From an uncultured Bacteroides sp. (GTDB taxonomy: Bacteria > Bacteroidota > Bacteroidia > Bacteroidales > JACABE01): a DNA stretch of 64,000 nt. The translations under genes were made by a program, and so were the position numbers. The stretch is taken from contig CAZCBG010000008.1 in NCBI GenBank assembly GCA_964496885.1, positions 4,354 to 68,353 on the forward strand, given 5' to 3'. This document shows, in pieces, positions 27,049-35,736 of the stretch (within the stretch, counting starts at the first letter, position 1; every line of letters starts with the position of its first letter). The notes beneath the pieces are model-generated. The model saw nothing but the letters and a program-made list of their open reading frames with translations. It did no database searches and was not told where the DNA came from.

Positions 27049-27699
27049 ATGCTTATAAATCTTCAAAATCTCAAAGCTAAGATTCAAGAAATTAAATTAT
27101 CCATCAATAAAAATTATATTTTAAAAACATTTGGGATTCGCTTACTCCTATTAATGGGAGTTGGGGCCATTGTTTTATTTATATTAAGAAATAATTCTGA
27201 ACTGAAATACATGGTCCAACACGCTCAGTTTATATATGATTTTTATAGAACTATAATGTATTCAAGCTTATACATATTAAAATTTTTAGGATTTGATGCT
27301 TATATCTATTATTCCGAAACTATTTACAAATATGGAGTGTATGCAATGGGAATCGTTGGATCAAAGTCAATTTTTATGGGTATATCATGTATTGGAATGA
27401 CTTTAATGGGTGTATTTATTGCTTTAATCATTTCATATCCAGGAAAAATAAAACATAAATTATGGCTTATACCTAGTGGTTTAATTATCATTCAAATACT
27501 CAATATCGTACGAATGTGCACACTTACGATTTTAGTTCATAATGGATTCGTACATACATTTAATGATTACAATTTTTTAGGAATATTGAAATTTAATCAT
27601 CATGATCTTTTTAATTTTTTTATTTACATCATTATTTTTGGCATGTTTGTTTTTTACATTAATACATTTGGTTTAAAAAAACTTCAGAAAATGGGATAA
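27049..27699 (+). CDS. Exosortase/archaeosortase-family membrane peptidase
   Basis: Multi-TM protein with candidate triad Cys (ISCIG), Arg (LNIVR) and His (NHHDLF). ALIISYPG...KLWLIPSGL.II..LN..R matches the XrtF-like pattern. Lies next to a PIDGG protein. Confidence 0.8.
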   Translation: MLINLQNLKAKIQEIKLSINKNYILKTFGIRLLLLMGVGAIVLFILRNNSELKYMVQHAQFIYDFYRTIMYSSLYILKFLGFDAYIYYSETIYKYGVYAMGIVGSKSIFMGISCIGMTLMGVFIALIISYPGKIKHKLWLIPSGLIIIQILNIVRMCTLTILVHNGFVHTFNDYNFLGILKFNHHDLFNFFIYIIIFGMFVFYINTFGLKKLQKMG

Positions 27700-27924
27700 T
27701 ATTATAATAGAATCGATATTTTAAGACTTTTTAGTCAAAAGTATTTATAATTATTTCAAATAAAATTAATATGTAATTAATATGTTTTCAAATTAATAGT
27801 TGTAATTTTATATATGTTAAAAGCGGAATATAAATTAAAGCAATAATTTTTAAAAAAGAAACTAAACTTAAAACAATCTTTATTGACATATATGATTGAT
27901 TAAGTCTATTTTCTTGTTTTTGTC

Positions 27925-27954
27925 AGGGAGGAAATCATTTCCTCCCTTTTTTTT
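27925..27954 (+). terminator. Strong GC-rich intrinsic terminator
   Basis: agggaggaaat-c-atttcctccct followed by a T-run; 225 bp after the exosortase stop. Confidence 0.8.
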
Positions 27955-28008
27955 AATTATTCTTTAAAATTACGATAACATTTCTTCCAATTAAATCAAT
28001 TATTTTTG
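27953..28008 (+). promoter_or_regulatory. Candidate Pho-box-like array plus -7 element for the marC-family gene
   Basis: ttaatta (27953), ttaaaat (27964), ataacat (27975); TATTTTTG at 28001, 26 bp after the last repeat start. Confidence 0.55.
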
Positions 28009-28016
28009 CAAATAAA

Positions 28017-28637
28017 ATGAATCTATTTTTCCTCGTATTTGCAGCCCTATTCTCTATCATGAATCCTTTAGGTACCGTGCCTGTTTTTGTAGGATTAACC
28101 AAAGAAAAAACCAGAAAAGAAATTATTAATATCGCATTTTATGCTTCTTTGAACGTATTTATCATTCTTTTGATATCATTCTTTTTAGGAAAGTATTTGC
28201 TGATTTTCTTTGGCATCAGCATACAATCATTGAAGATTGCAGGGGGTATGATAATTACTACTTCCGGATTTGCATTGCTTAACGGTACATTTTCAAAGCA
28301 CAAAGGGATGAAAAAAGCTGTAAATGAAGATGCTTCCCTGCGATCGGACATTACCTTAACGCCTTTGGCCATTCCTATGCTGGCTGGACCAGGATGCATT
28401 TCGTTATTGATTACATATTATCAGGAATACAACAGTATCAGTGAAATGCTCATTTTAACATCCGCAATGCTTACGATTTCTGTAGTTATATTTTTTATAC
28501 TCAGAAGCTCTAATCTAATCGTTAAATATATGGGAGCATCCGGATTGAATGCATTATCACGGATAATTGGCTTTATTGTTATAGCTATTGGAGTAGAAAA
28601 TATTTTATCGGTTATACTTCTAATATTGAAAAAATAA
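28017..28637 (+). CDS. marC: MarC-family (NAAT) integral membrane protein
   Basis: LFSIMNPLGTVPVF, SLKIAGG, TPLAIPMLAGPG, LSRIIGFIVIAIGVE. Confidence 0.93.
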   Translation: MNLFFLVFAALFSIMNPLGTVPVFVGLTKEKTRKEIINIAFYASLNVFIILLISFFLGKYLLIFFGISIQSLKIAGGMIITTSGFALLNGTFSKHKGMKKAVNEDASLRSDITLTPLAIPMLAGPGCISLLITYYQEYNSISEMLILTSAMLTISVVIFFILRSSNLIVKYMGASGLNALSRIIGFIVIAIGVENILSVILLILKK

Positions 28638-28962
28638 TTTTCAAGTCTTCAAATTCTACATCAAAATTATTTGTAAAAGATAATTCATTACGTGAAATAA
28701 TGCTATTCATCCTTTTTGATAGATTTATTCTTTTTGATAGATTCTTTGACCATTCAGAAATTTTTTCAAAGGCTTTTATTAAAATAAGTGTCGTATTAAC
28801 GAACACGAAAATAATTGGAAAAATATGAAAATACTTCATTAAAAGGATGCTTAATGAATGGATATCAATTTGATAAACAAACAATGAGGATAAAATAATC
28901 ATTATAAGTATCGCTGTATAAAAAAACAGGTTGAAAAATAAGAAAAATTTCAGGGTTTTCAT
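28612..28962 (-). CDS. Hypothetical small membrane protein
   Basis: 116-aa ORF with two hydrophobic stretches, downstream of the GH13 gene; overlaps the marC 3' end by 26 bp. Confidence 0.4.
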   Translation of the reverse strand: MKTLKFFLFFNLFFYTAILIMIILSSLFVYQIDIHSLSILLMKYFHIFPIIFVFVNTTLILIKAFEKISEWSKNLSKRINLSKRMNSIISRNELSFTNNFDVEFEDLKIIFSILEV

Positions 28963-29060
28963 GGTTTTCGTTTAAAATTTATACAAAGTAAGCATATCTA
29001 TATTAACCTAATATGTAGTAAATATTAATTTTTTATGAAATCTTCCATTGCTATTTAAAG

Positions 29061-30680
29061 CTAAGAGGCATTGAGCTTATAAATTAAAGCTTCAAATGGA
29101 GACAATATAAGTTTATTTTCAATAAAATGTTCTTTTTCTGAAGTCTGTGATGAGAATAATATTTCAAATGCTCCAATTTCTTTAAGCTGAACGATTTTTT
29201 CGTGGGAACTGAAATTCAAAAATATACAGATAATTTCATCTTGATAAATTCTGGAGAAAGCAAAAGTGTCATCTTTACCTTTTTTCAGGAAACTAATTTC
29301 ACCTTTGTGCAAAGAGGGATGCTTTTTTCTGAGTTCAATAAGTGCTTGATAAATATTGAAAAGAGAATCCGTCTCATTCTCTTGAAACTGGACATTTGTT
29401 TCTTTATAATTTCTATGCACAGGCAACCATGGTTTTACAGTTGAAAACCCTGCAAATATATTTGTATTCCATTGCATGGGCGTTCTAGCTCCATCTCTGC
29501 CATTATAAATTGGCCAGTATTTTTTCCCTAAACTATCTTTAATACTTCGGTAAGGTATTCTGGAGTTTAGCATGCCAATTTCTTCGCCATAATAAATAAA
29601 AGGACTTCCTTTTAAAGTAAGTAGTAGCACTGCTTCTATTTTTGCTTTTTCAAGCTGGAATTTCCTTAAAGGATTTCTGTTGATGCTTCTTTTTAAATCA
29701 TGATTTGAAAGCACATAACAAGGCCAACCTCCATCTGGAATACTTGCATTCCACTTTTGAATACATTTATAATAAGCATTTGCATTCCACTTTTGGAAAA
29801 GCAAGGAAAAATCAAATGCCAGATGGATTCCTTTTTTACCATCGGCCAGATAGCTGGCAGAAAGCTTGGAGTTGCCGGGTGGCATTACATATACCTCTCC
29901 TACCAATACGCTTTCATCATATTTGTCAATCAATTTCCTGAGTTTTTTTACAATCTCATATGATTTAGGTCGATTTCTTGAATATTTATGTTGCTGAAGA
30001 AACGGAATATTAAGATTTAATGGATTGTTACGATATTTTTTATCCTTAACAATCATGTTTATCACATCTAACCTAAAACCATCTACTCCCAGCTCGAGCC
30101 AATACTTAATTTCTTCAAAAAAAACAAGCTGCATTTCTTTGTTGCGCCAGTTTAAGTCGGGTTGCTCTTTAAAAAATGAATGCAAGTAATATGCATTGGT
30201 TTTATCATCCAATTGCCAGGCAGTGTTTCCGAAAGAAGATTTCCAGTTATTTGGGGATTTTCCTTTTGGGGCAGTTTTCCATATATACCAATCCCGTTTG
30301 GGATTATCTATGGACGATTTTGATTCGAGAAACCATGGATGCTGATCAGAAGTATGATTCATAATCATATCCATAATTACTTTAATATTTTTGGAATGAG
30401 CAATTTCTAAAAGATTTTTAAAATCCTCCAGCTTGCCATATTCGGGGTTGATGGATGTATAGTCTGAAACATCATAACCATAATCTTTATTGGGCGATTG
30501 ATAAATAGGAGAAAGCCAGATCGCATCTATGCCTAAATGCACTAAATAATCAAGTTTGGAAACAATACCCTTTATATCACCAATACCGTCATTGTCACTA
30601 TCATAAAAACTTCGGGGATAAATATGATAAATTACGCCATGCTTCCACCATATCCATTCATTTTCTTTTTTATTATTCAT
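29061..30680 (-). CDS. GH13 alpha-glucosidase/oligo-1,6-glucosidase family
   Basis: YHIYPRSFYDS..DGIGD, catalytic GFRLDV, GEVY and SNHD, plus RDGARTPMQW. Confidence 0.93.
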   Translation of the reverse strand: MNNKKENEWIWWKHGVIYHIYPRSFYDSDNDGIGDIKGIVSKLDYLVHLGIDAIWLSPIYQSPNKDYGYDVSDYTSINPEYGKLEDFKNLLEIAHSKNIKVIMDMIMNHTSDQHPWFLESKSSIDNPKRDWYIWKTAPKGKSPNNWKSSFGNTAWQLDDKTNAYYLHSFFKEQPDLNWRNKEMQLVFFEEIKYWLELGVDGFRLDVINMIVKDKKYRNNPLNLNIPFLQQHKYSRNRPKSYEIVKKLRKLIDKYDESVLVGEVYVMPPGNSKLSASYLADGKKGIHLAFDFSLLFQKWNANAYYKCIQKWNASIPDGGWPCYVLSNHDLKRSINRNPLRKFQLEKAKIEAVLLLTLKGSPFIYYGEEIGMLNSRIPYRSIKDSLGKKYWPIYNGRDGARTPMQWNTNIFAGFSTVKPWLPVHRNYKETNVQFQENETDSLFNIYQALIELRKKHPSLHKGEISFLKKGKDDTFAFSRIYQDEIICIFLNFSSHEKIVQLKEIGAFEILFSSQTSEKEHFIENKLILSPFEALIYKLNAS

Positions 30681-30682
30681 TA

Positions 30683-33358
30683 TTATTGAAGCTCAACATC
30701 TTTTAAAAACTGATCGAGTATGGATGATTTATTATAGTTCTTCGAACGTTCGATAGCAGCTTTTTTAAATGATTTCTGTATTGAAATATCATTAAAGTAA
30801 TAAATAATATTGGATGCCATTTCATCGGTATTAGAAACAAGAAATCCATTTTTATTATCTTCAATAATATCTTTAGGTCCCTTAGTATTGTATGCAATTA
30901 CAGGCAATCCACAACTCAATGCCTCCAATACAACACAACTGAAAGTATCAAATTTTGAGGGCAAAATCAATAAATCAGCAGACGAATAAATCCCGGGTAA
31001 TTTATCATGATCCATCCAACCTAAATAGATTGCTTCTGGTAAAGCTTTTTTTAATTCTTGTTCTGCCGGGCCATTACCTGCAATAACAATTTGCAAATCA
31101 TGAATTTCGGCTTTTGCTCTTTTGTAAATTTCAGCCAATTCCATCACGCCTTTCTCTTTACTCAATCTTCCTGCAAAAAGTAAAACAGCTTGCTGTTGAT
31201 CAATATTAAAAAGTTTCTTTTTTGCAGTTTTCTTGGGGATGAATATATCTTCAACCCAATGGGCAGTATTGAAGACTCTGCTGGATTCAAAACCCATTTT
31301 TGAACTTGTCAGCCATTTTTGTTGATCTGAATTAAGCACAAATAAATTATCAAACGCATTGTAATACATTCTCAGCAGTCGGGTGAAACGGTTTAAATTA
31401 CTTCTGTCGATATTTAATACTTTTTTTGCAAACATAATCCAATCGGTATGAATATAAAAATACGCTTTTACAGAATACGCATTTTTGAGATAAATGGCAG
31501 CCAGGCCCATTAAACCTTCGGTAGAGCATATAATTCTGTCGTATTCGTTTTCATGAAAAAGTTTATGAATTTCAAGATAATTCGGCACTCTCATAGTTTG
31601 ATCTTTGTACATTGGCAAACTAAACTCAGCCAATGGTTTTATAACAATTAAGTGATCTGTTGCTTGAATATTATTGCTACATACAAGAATATCAATGGGT
31701 AAATTTCTTAATTTTATTTCCTGAAGCATTGATTGTAATACCATAGAAACACCATTGTTGTCATCAAATGTATCTGTAAGCCATAACATCCTTTTAGGAT
31801 GCTGAAGTTTGCCGATATTTTCGGAAAATGTCTGAAGCAAAGGCCTGACATTATACAATACCTTAGAACTGGCATAATTTGCAGCCAGTATCAAAGCTGA
31901 GGCTAAAAAGGGAAATGAAAGACCATCAAATAAATCAGATAAATTTGGATTACTCATCCTCTTATTTTTATCTTTGTTAAAATACTTGGTTTCATTTTCA
32001 ATATATGCTCTGAATTCGCTGGGCAATTCAAATTTATCGATCAGCATGTTCACATCAAAGTCTTTAAATTTACCTTGTAGTTGGAATTTATCAATTTTTT
32101 TCACCAATCTTTTAAAAAGTAAAGCATTTAGTTTATCGCTGATCGAAAAAACTGATTTCTTATAAATTTCAACAACATTTTCAGGATCATTTTTAGTAGT
32201 TTCGGCAATACTCATTGCATCTTTAAAAATAGGTTTGTACACCTTAGGCACTAATATTTTTTTAGACAATGAGGGGACTTTCCCTTGAAAACAATTGTGA
32301 AACAGCTCAATAAAGTTCATGGTAACTCTATGTCTTCTCAACTCAGCAAATCCATTGGAAACCAATAAAGCTATCAGTTTATCCTGTGAAGTCCCTTTAT
32401 GTAATAGAATTCTCAGTAAACCCGGATCATTTCTATTGAGTGCTATCTGGAATACATAATCCAAAAAAGCTACGGTAAGTTTTTCACTATTATGATGGGA
32501 ACCATAAGGAGCCATATTTCCATCTTTGATTGCCTGTAATGCAAGTTCAGATGGTTTAAAATCTTTTAGTTTTACATTTAACTGAGGAACATACAACAAG
32601 GTACCTGTTAATCCCGAGAAAAAACCCATGTGACTGTCAGAACCTCCCGACATTGATTTTTTATAAGGATCTTTACAATATCGGTTGGCTGGAATTCCAA
32701 ACTCTTTAGATAATTCATCAATTTTTTCGGGTGTTATACTTTCCAACCAATTTTTAACCAGCATATTTTGCCAGCTATCTCTTTGTCCATTCAAAACTTC
32801 AAATCGTTCAAAAACCAAAGCCATTTTATTAAAAAAAGCCAAATTAGGAATGCCAGATGTGTTATAATGATACAATGGATGGGCCCAAATAGTAGGGATG
32901 TCATTTTCTAAGGCATAATCCTGAAAAGCATAGATGTTTTTTCTAAGTTTATTGAGCATTTTTTCCTGACTTGGATTAAATCCATACGTTAAAACATGAA
33001 TTCCAATATTAAAATCAGGTACTGTACAACTGAATTCTGCAGCAGTAAGTATATCAAAACCTTTATCCTGCATTTCGTAGCAAGATCTGGCATTGTTATG
33101 ATTGGTAATTGTAAAAGCTGAGCAATCGTTTTGTTTAAGTGTTTTTATCAATGTTTCCGACTTTAACCATGTTTCTGGCAAATTCAGTATTCGGCCCAAT
33201 AACTCATCAGGAACATCACTGTTGTAATCATGACAATGCAAGTCTATCCTCAACGTATCGTCAATAGGGTACTTTGCAAATTGTTGCGTTTGAAAAATAT
33301 TCAATTCATTGATTAATTCTTTTTGAAAAGAATGCTCTTTTAAAGATAATTGCTTCAT
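30683..33358 (-). CDS. PHP-phosphoesterase-GT4 glycosyltransferase fusion
   Basis: PHP motifs DLHCH, TITNHN, AAEF, WAHP, GGSDSH; GT4 motifs TDTFDDNNGV, FAGRLSKEKG, PSKFDTFSCVVLEALSCGLPVI. Confidence 0.88.
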   Translation of the reverse strand: MKQLSLKEHSFQKELINELNIFQTQQFAKYPIDDTLRIDLHCHDYNSDVPDELLGRILNLPETWLKSETLIKTLKQNDCSAFTITNHNNARSCYEMQDKGFDILTAAEFSCTVPDFNIGIHVLTYGFNPSQEKMLNKLRKNIYAFQDYALENDIPTIWAHPLYHYNTSGIPNLAFFNKMALVFERFEVLNGQRDSWQNMLVKNWLESITPEKIDELSKEFGIPANRYCKDPYKKSMSGGSDSHMGFFSGLTGTLLYVPQLNVKLKDFKPSELALQAIKDGNMAPYGSHHNSEKLTVAFLDYVFQIALNRNDPGLLRILLHKGTSQDKLIALLVSNGFAELRRHRVTMNFIELFHNCFQGKVPSLSKKILVPKVYKPIFKDAMSIAETTKNDPENVVEIYKKSVFSISDKLNALLFKRLVKKIDKFQLQGKFKDFDVNMLIDKFELPSEFRAYIENETKYFNKDKNKRMSNPNLSDLFDGLSFPFLASALILAANYASSKVLYNVRPLLQTFSENIGKLQHPKRMLWLTDTFDDNNGVSMVLQSMLQEIKLRNLPIDILVCSNNIQATDHLIVIKPLAEFSLPMYKDQTMRVPNYLEIHKLFHENEYDRIICSTEGLMGLAAIYLKNAYSVKAYFYIHTDWIMFAKKVLNIDRSNLNRFTRLLRMYYNAFDNLFVLNSDQQKWLTSSKMGFESSRVFNTAHWVEDIFIPKKTAKKKLFNIDQQQAVLLFAGRLSKEKGVMELAEIYKRAKAEIHDLQIVIAGNGPAEQELKKALPEAIYLGWMDHDKLPGIYSSADLLILPSKFDTFSCVVLEALSCGLPVIAYNTKGPKDIIEDNKNGFLVSNTDEMASNIIYYFNDISIQKSFKKAAIERSKNYNKSSILDQFLKDVELQ

Positions 33359-33387
33359 ACTATTAATATTATTTTAATAATCCTTTG

Positions 33388-33454
33388 CAAAATAATAATT
33401 TATTAAGCAAAATACAATGGTTTGAATATTAATTTATTGTGAATTTATTATTAA
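33388..33454 (-). promoter_or_regulatory. Candidate Pho-box-like array plus variant -7 element for the PHP-GT4 operon
   Basis: Minus strand: ttaataa (33454), ttcacaa (33443), ttaatat (33432); TTATTTTG starts at 33395, 37 (26+11) bp after 33432. Confidence 0.55.
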
Positions 33455-33481
33455 ATTATTATGCAAGCAATAAATATTATT

Positions 33482-33537
33482 ATAATGTTTAAATAATATT
33501 GCCTTAATGTAGGTAAGAATTATTTATATTTATTTTG
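33482..33537 (+). promoter_or_regulatory. Candidate Pho-box-like array plus variant -7 element for the third PIDGG protein
   Basis: ataatgt (33482), ataatat (33493), ttaatgt (33504); TTATTTTG at 33530, 26 bp after the last repeat start. Confidence 0.5.
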
Positions 33538-33565
33538 CAAAAGATAAAAAAAATATGATAACACA

Positions 33566-33799
33566 ATGAGAAATATAATTTTTACTTTATTAATTATAAT
33601 GGGAAGTATTGGTTTATTTGCACAACCTATACCTCCGGGTGGTGGTGTAGCTGGAGCAGGACATGGATTAAGTGGCAATCAGGGTGGCAATGGAGCTCCT
33701 ATTGATGGTGGTTTCAGTATATTAATACTCTTGGGAGCAATTTATGGAGCAAAAAACATTAAAAAAATAAATAAAAATGATGAAAATATAAATGCATAA
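33566..33799 (+). CDS. Small PID-CTERM-like protein, divergent third member
   Basis: Signal peptide (LFA-Q), then QPIPPGGGVAGAGHGLSGNQGGNGA, then PIDGG, FSILILLGAIYGA and a basic tail. Confidence 0.82.
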   Translation: MRNIIFTLLIIMGSIGLFAQPIPPGGGVAGAGHGLSGNQGGNGAPIDGGFSILILLGAIYGAKNIKKINKNDENINA

Positions 33800-34038
33800 A
33801 GCGATGAATAGTAAATAAACAATCTGAAAATCATGAGAATCAGATATATAACAAGATAATAGCCATGAGTATTTTTTATTACTATTACATCGCTTTTAAA
33901 ATTTTAAACAAATATAAATGAAATATATTTTCTTCAATTACAATTCAAATAAATTATTGTAATTATTTGACTACCTGCCCTGTTTTTTTTCAAAACAATC
34001 AATAACAAATCCTTTGTTATAATTCTCAAACGAAAGCT

Positions 34039-34064
34039 AAACTCCCTATTTAGGGAGTTTTTTA
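34039..34064 (+). terminator. Intrinsic terminator in a long intergenic region
   Basis: aaactccct-attt-agggagttt followed by ttt. Confidence 0.7.
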
Positions 34065-34165
34065 TACTTTAAAATTTACAATATTGAATAATGAAAGATT
34101 TCTCTAAGAAACAATTAATATTAAATATTAATTAAACTATTACTATTTAATAAGTTAAAACAAAA

Positions 34166-34360
34166 TTAATCTTCCCATATTGCAACTAGCAAGAATTCAT
34201 CCGGATGTTTGGAATTATTTTTATCAAAAACATAAACTAAACCTCCCCTCCTATAGAAAAAATACATATTACTTTCACTCACTAAATTGCAATGAGCATC
34301 TTGCAAAAACTTTTTACTATATTTTTGACCTTTTAAGAGCAGATTATCAATTACATTCAT
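34166..34360 (-). CDS. Possible small hypothetical protein
   Basis: 64-aa ATG-started ORF with protein-like composition; no recognisable motif. Confidence 0.25.
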   Translation of the reverse strand: MNVIDNLLLKGQKYSKKFLQDAHCNLVSESNMYFFYRRGGLVYVFDKNNSKHPDEFLLVAIWED

Positions 34361-34496
34361 ATAAAAATATTTTTACAAAAATAATATATTACAAAGTCAT
34401 CATAATTATTGTTAGAATAATAAATCATTAATTTTTAGTTTTAAATCACTGATTTTTATAAAAAATTTTTAGTCAAATATGTTTAAGACCAAAATG

Positions 34497-34552
34497 GTAA
34501 CATTAAATTAAAATAAACGAAACATTGAATAAGTTTAAGTTTCATAAATTTG
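34497..34552 (+). promoter_or_regulatory. Candidate Pho-box-like array plus -7 element for the GT4-dedA operon
   Basis: gtaacat (34497), ttaaaat (34508), gaaacat (34519); TAAATTTG at 34545, 26 bp after the last repeat start. Confidence 0.6.
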
Positions 34553-34695
34553 GAATGGTTCTAAAAATAATATTATTATAAAATTTACCCTGATATATCA
34601 GGCATTAAACAAAAGAACAATAAAATAAAATAAAATAATAGCTTGTGTATTCATTAAAAAAAATCAATCCATATTAAATTAAAATTAAATAACTT

Positions 34696-35736
34696 ATGAA
34701 AGTAAATGTTTGTTCTGAGACTAAAATACTCAACATGAAAGGCGAAGGTGTAAATACTGCATTTTTAAATTGTATAGAATTAATTAATGAAAACAAGAAT
34801 GACGAAGTGTTGATTAACAATGAAGGTGTTGGCGACATCATGCACAGTCATTCTTATGGACCCTATTATTTTTTGAGAGGTTTAAAATACAAAGGCAGAA
34901 AAGTTTTTACAGTTCATGTTATACCTGATTCGATCAAAGGTTCAATTCCGGCAGCAAATTTGCTAATGCCTTTTGTAAAGTGGTATTTTAAACAAGTTTA
35001 TTCCTATGCCGATGTTTGCATTGCTATAAGCCCTATGGTAGAAAAAGTGATTAAAGATTTGGGGGTAAAAACCAATATCGTCGTTATGAACAACCCTCTG
35101 ATGGTCAATAACTGGAAAAGAACAACTGAGCTTCGCGAAAAAGGAAGAGCAATGTTAGGACTTAAAGAATATGATTTTTGTGTACTAGGTGTTGGGCAAT
35201 TAGAAAGCAGAAAAGGTTGTGCCGATTTTATAGAAGTAGCCAGACAAATTCCTAATGCGCAGTTTCGTTGGATAGGAGGCAGACCATTCGGAAAGATGAC
35301 CGAGGGTATCAAAAGTTTAGAAAATCAAATAGCAGCTGCTTCACCCAATGTAAAATTTTCAGGATTATTTTCATTGGAAGATATGCCTAGTTTGTATGCT
35401 GCTGGTGATATGTTTCTATTTCCTTCCTACCAGGAAAATTGTCCTTTGGCTCCTTTGGAAGCAGCTGCATCAGGAATGCCTGTTGTTTATCGTAATATTA
35501 AAGAATATGATTTATTATACAATCATGAATACTTAAAAGCAGATAATAATGATGAGTTTGTAGCTGCCGTAAACAGACTAATGGTTGATGATCATGCCTA
35601 TATAAGAGGACTGGAAATTTCTTCATGCTTGATTACTCAATTTGAGAAAAACAATATTCGTCAAAAATTAATGAATGTGTATAAAGATTTACTGAATTCT
35701 CAAACAGATATTCAACTGATTGAACAGTATGCCTAA
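34696..35736 (+). CDS. GT4 glycosyltransferase, CpoA/LafB-like (diglycosyl-diacylglycerol synthase type)
   Basis: HVIPDSIKGSIPAANLLMPFVKWYFKQVYSYAD resembles the CpoA-type segment; also GVGQLESRKG and PSYQENCPLAPLEAAASGMPVV. Confidence 0.85.
   Translation: MKVNVCSETKILNMKGEGVNTAFLNCIELINENKNDEVLINNEGVGDIMHSHSYGPYYFLRGLKYKGRKVFTVHVIPDSIKGSIPAANLLMPFVKWYFKQVYSYADVCIAISPMVEKVIKDLGVKTNIVVMNNPLMVNNWKRTTELREKGRAMLGLKEYDFCVLGVGQLESRKGCADFIEVARQIPNAQFRWIGGRPFGKMTEGIKSLENQIAAASPNVKFSGLFSLEDMPSLYAAGDMFLFPSYQENCPLAPLEAAASGMPVVYRNIKEYDLLYNHEYLKADNNDEFVAAVNRLMVDDHAYIRGLEISSCLITQFEKNNIRQKLMNVYKDLLNSQTDIQLIEQYA

Noticed and set aside
34180-34431. 83-aa plus-strand ORF in the intergenic gap
   Set aside because: TTG start, no motif, and it overlaps an equally weak minus-strand ORF.
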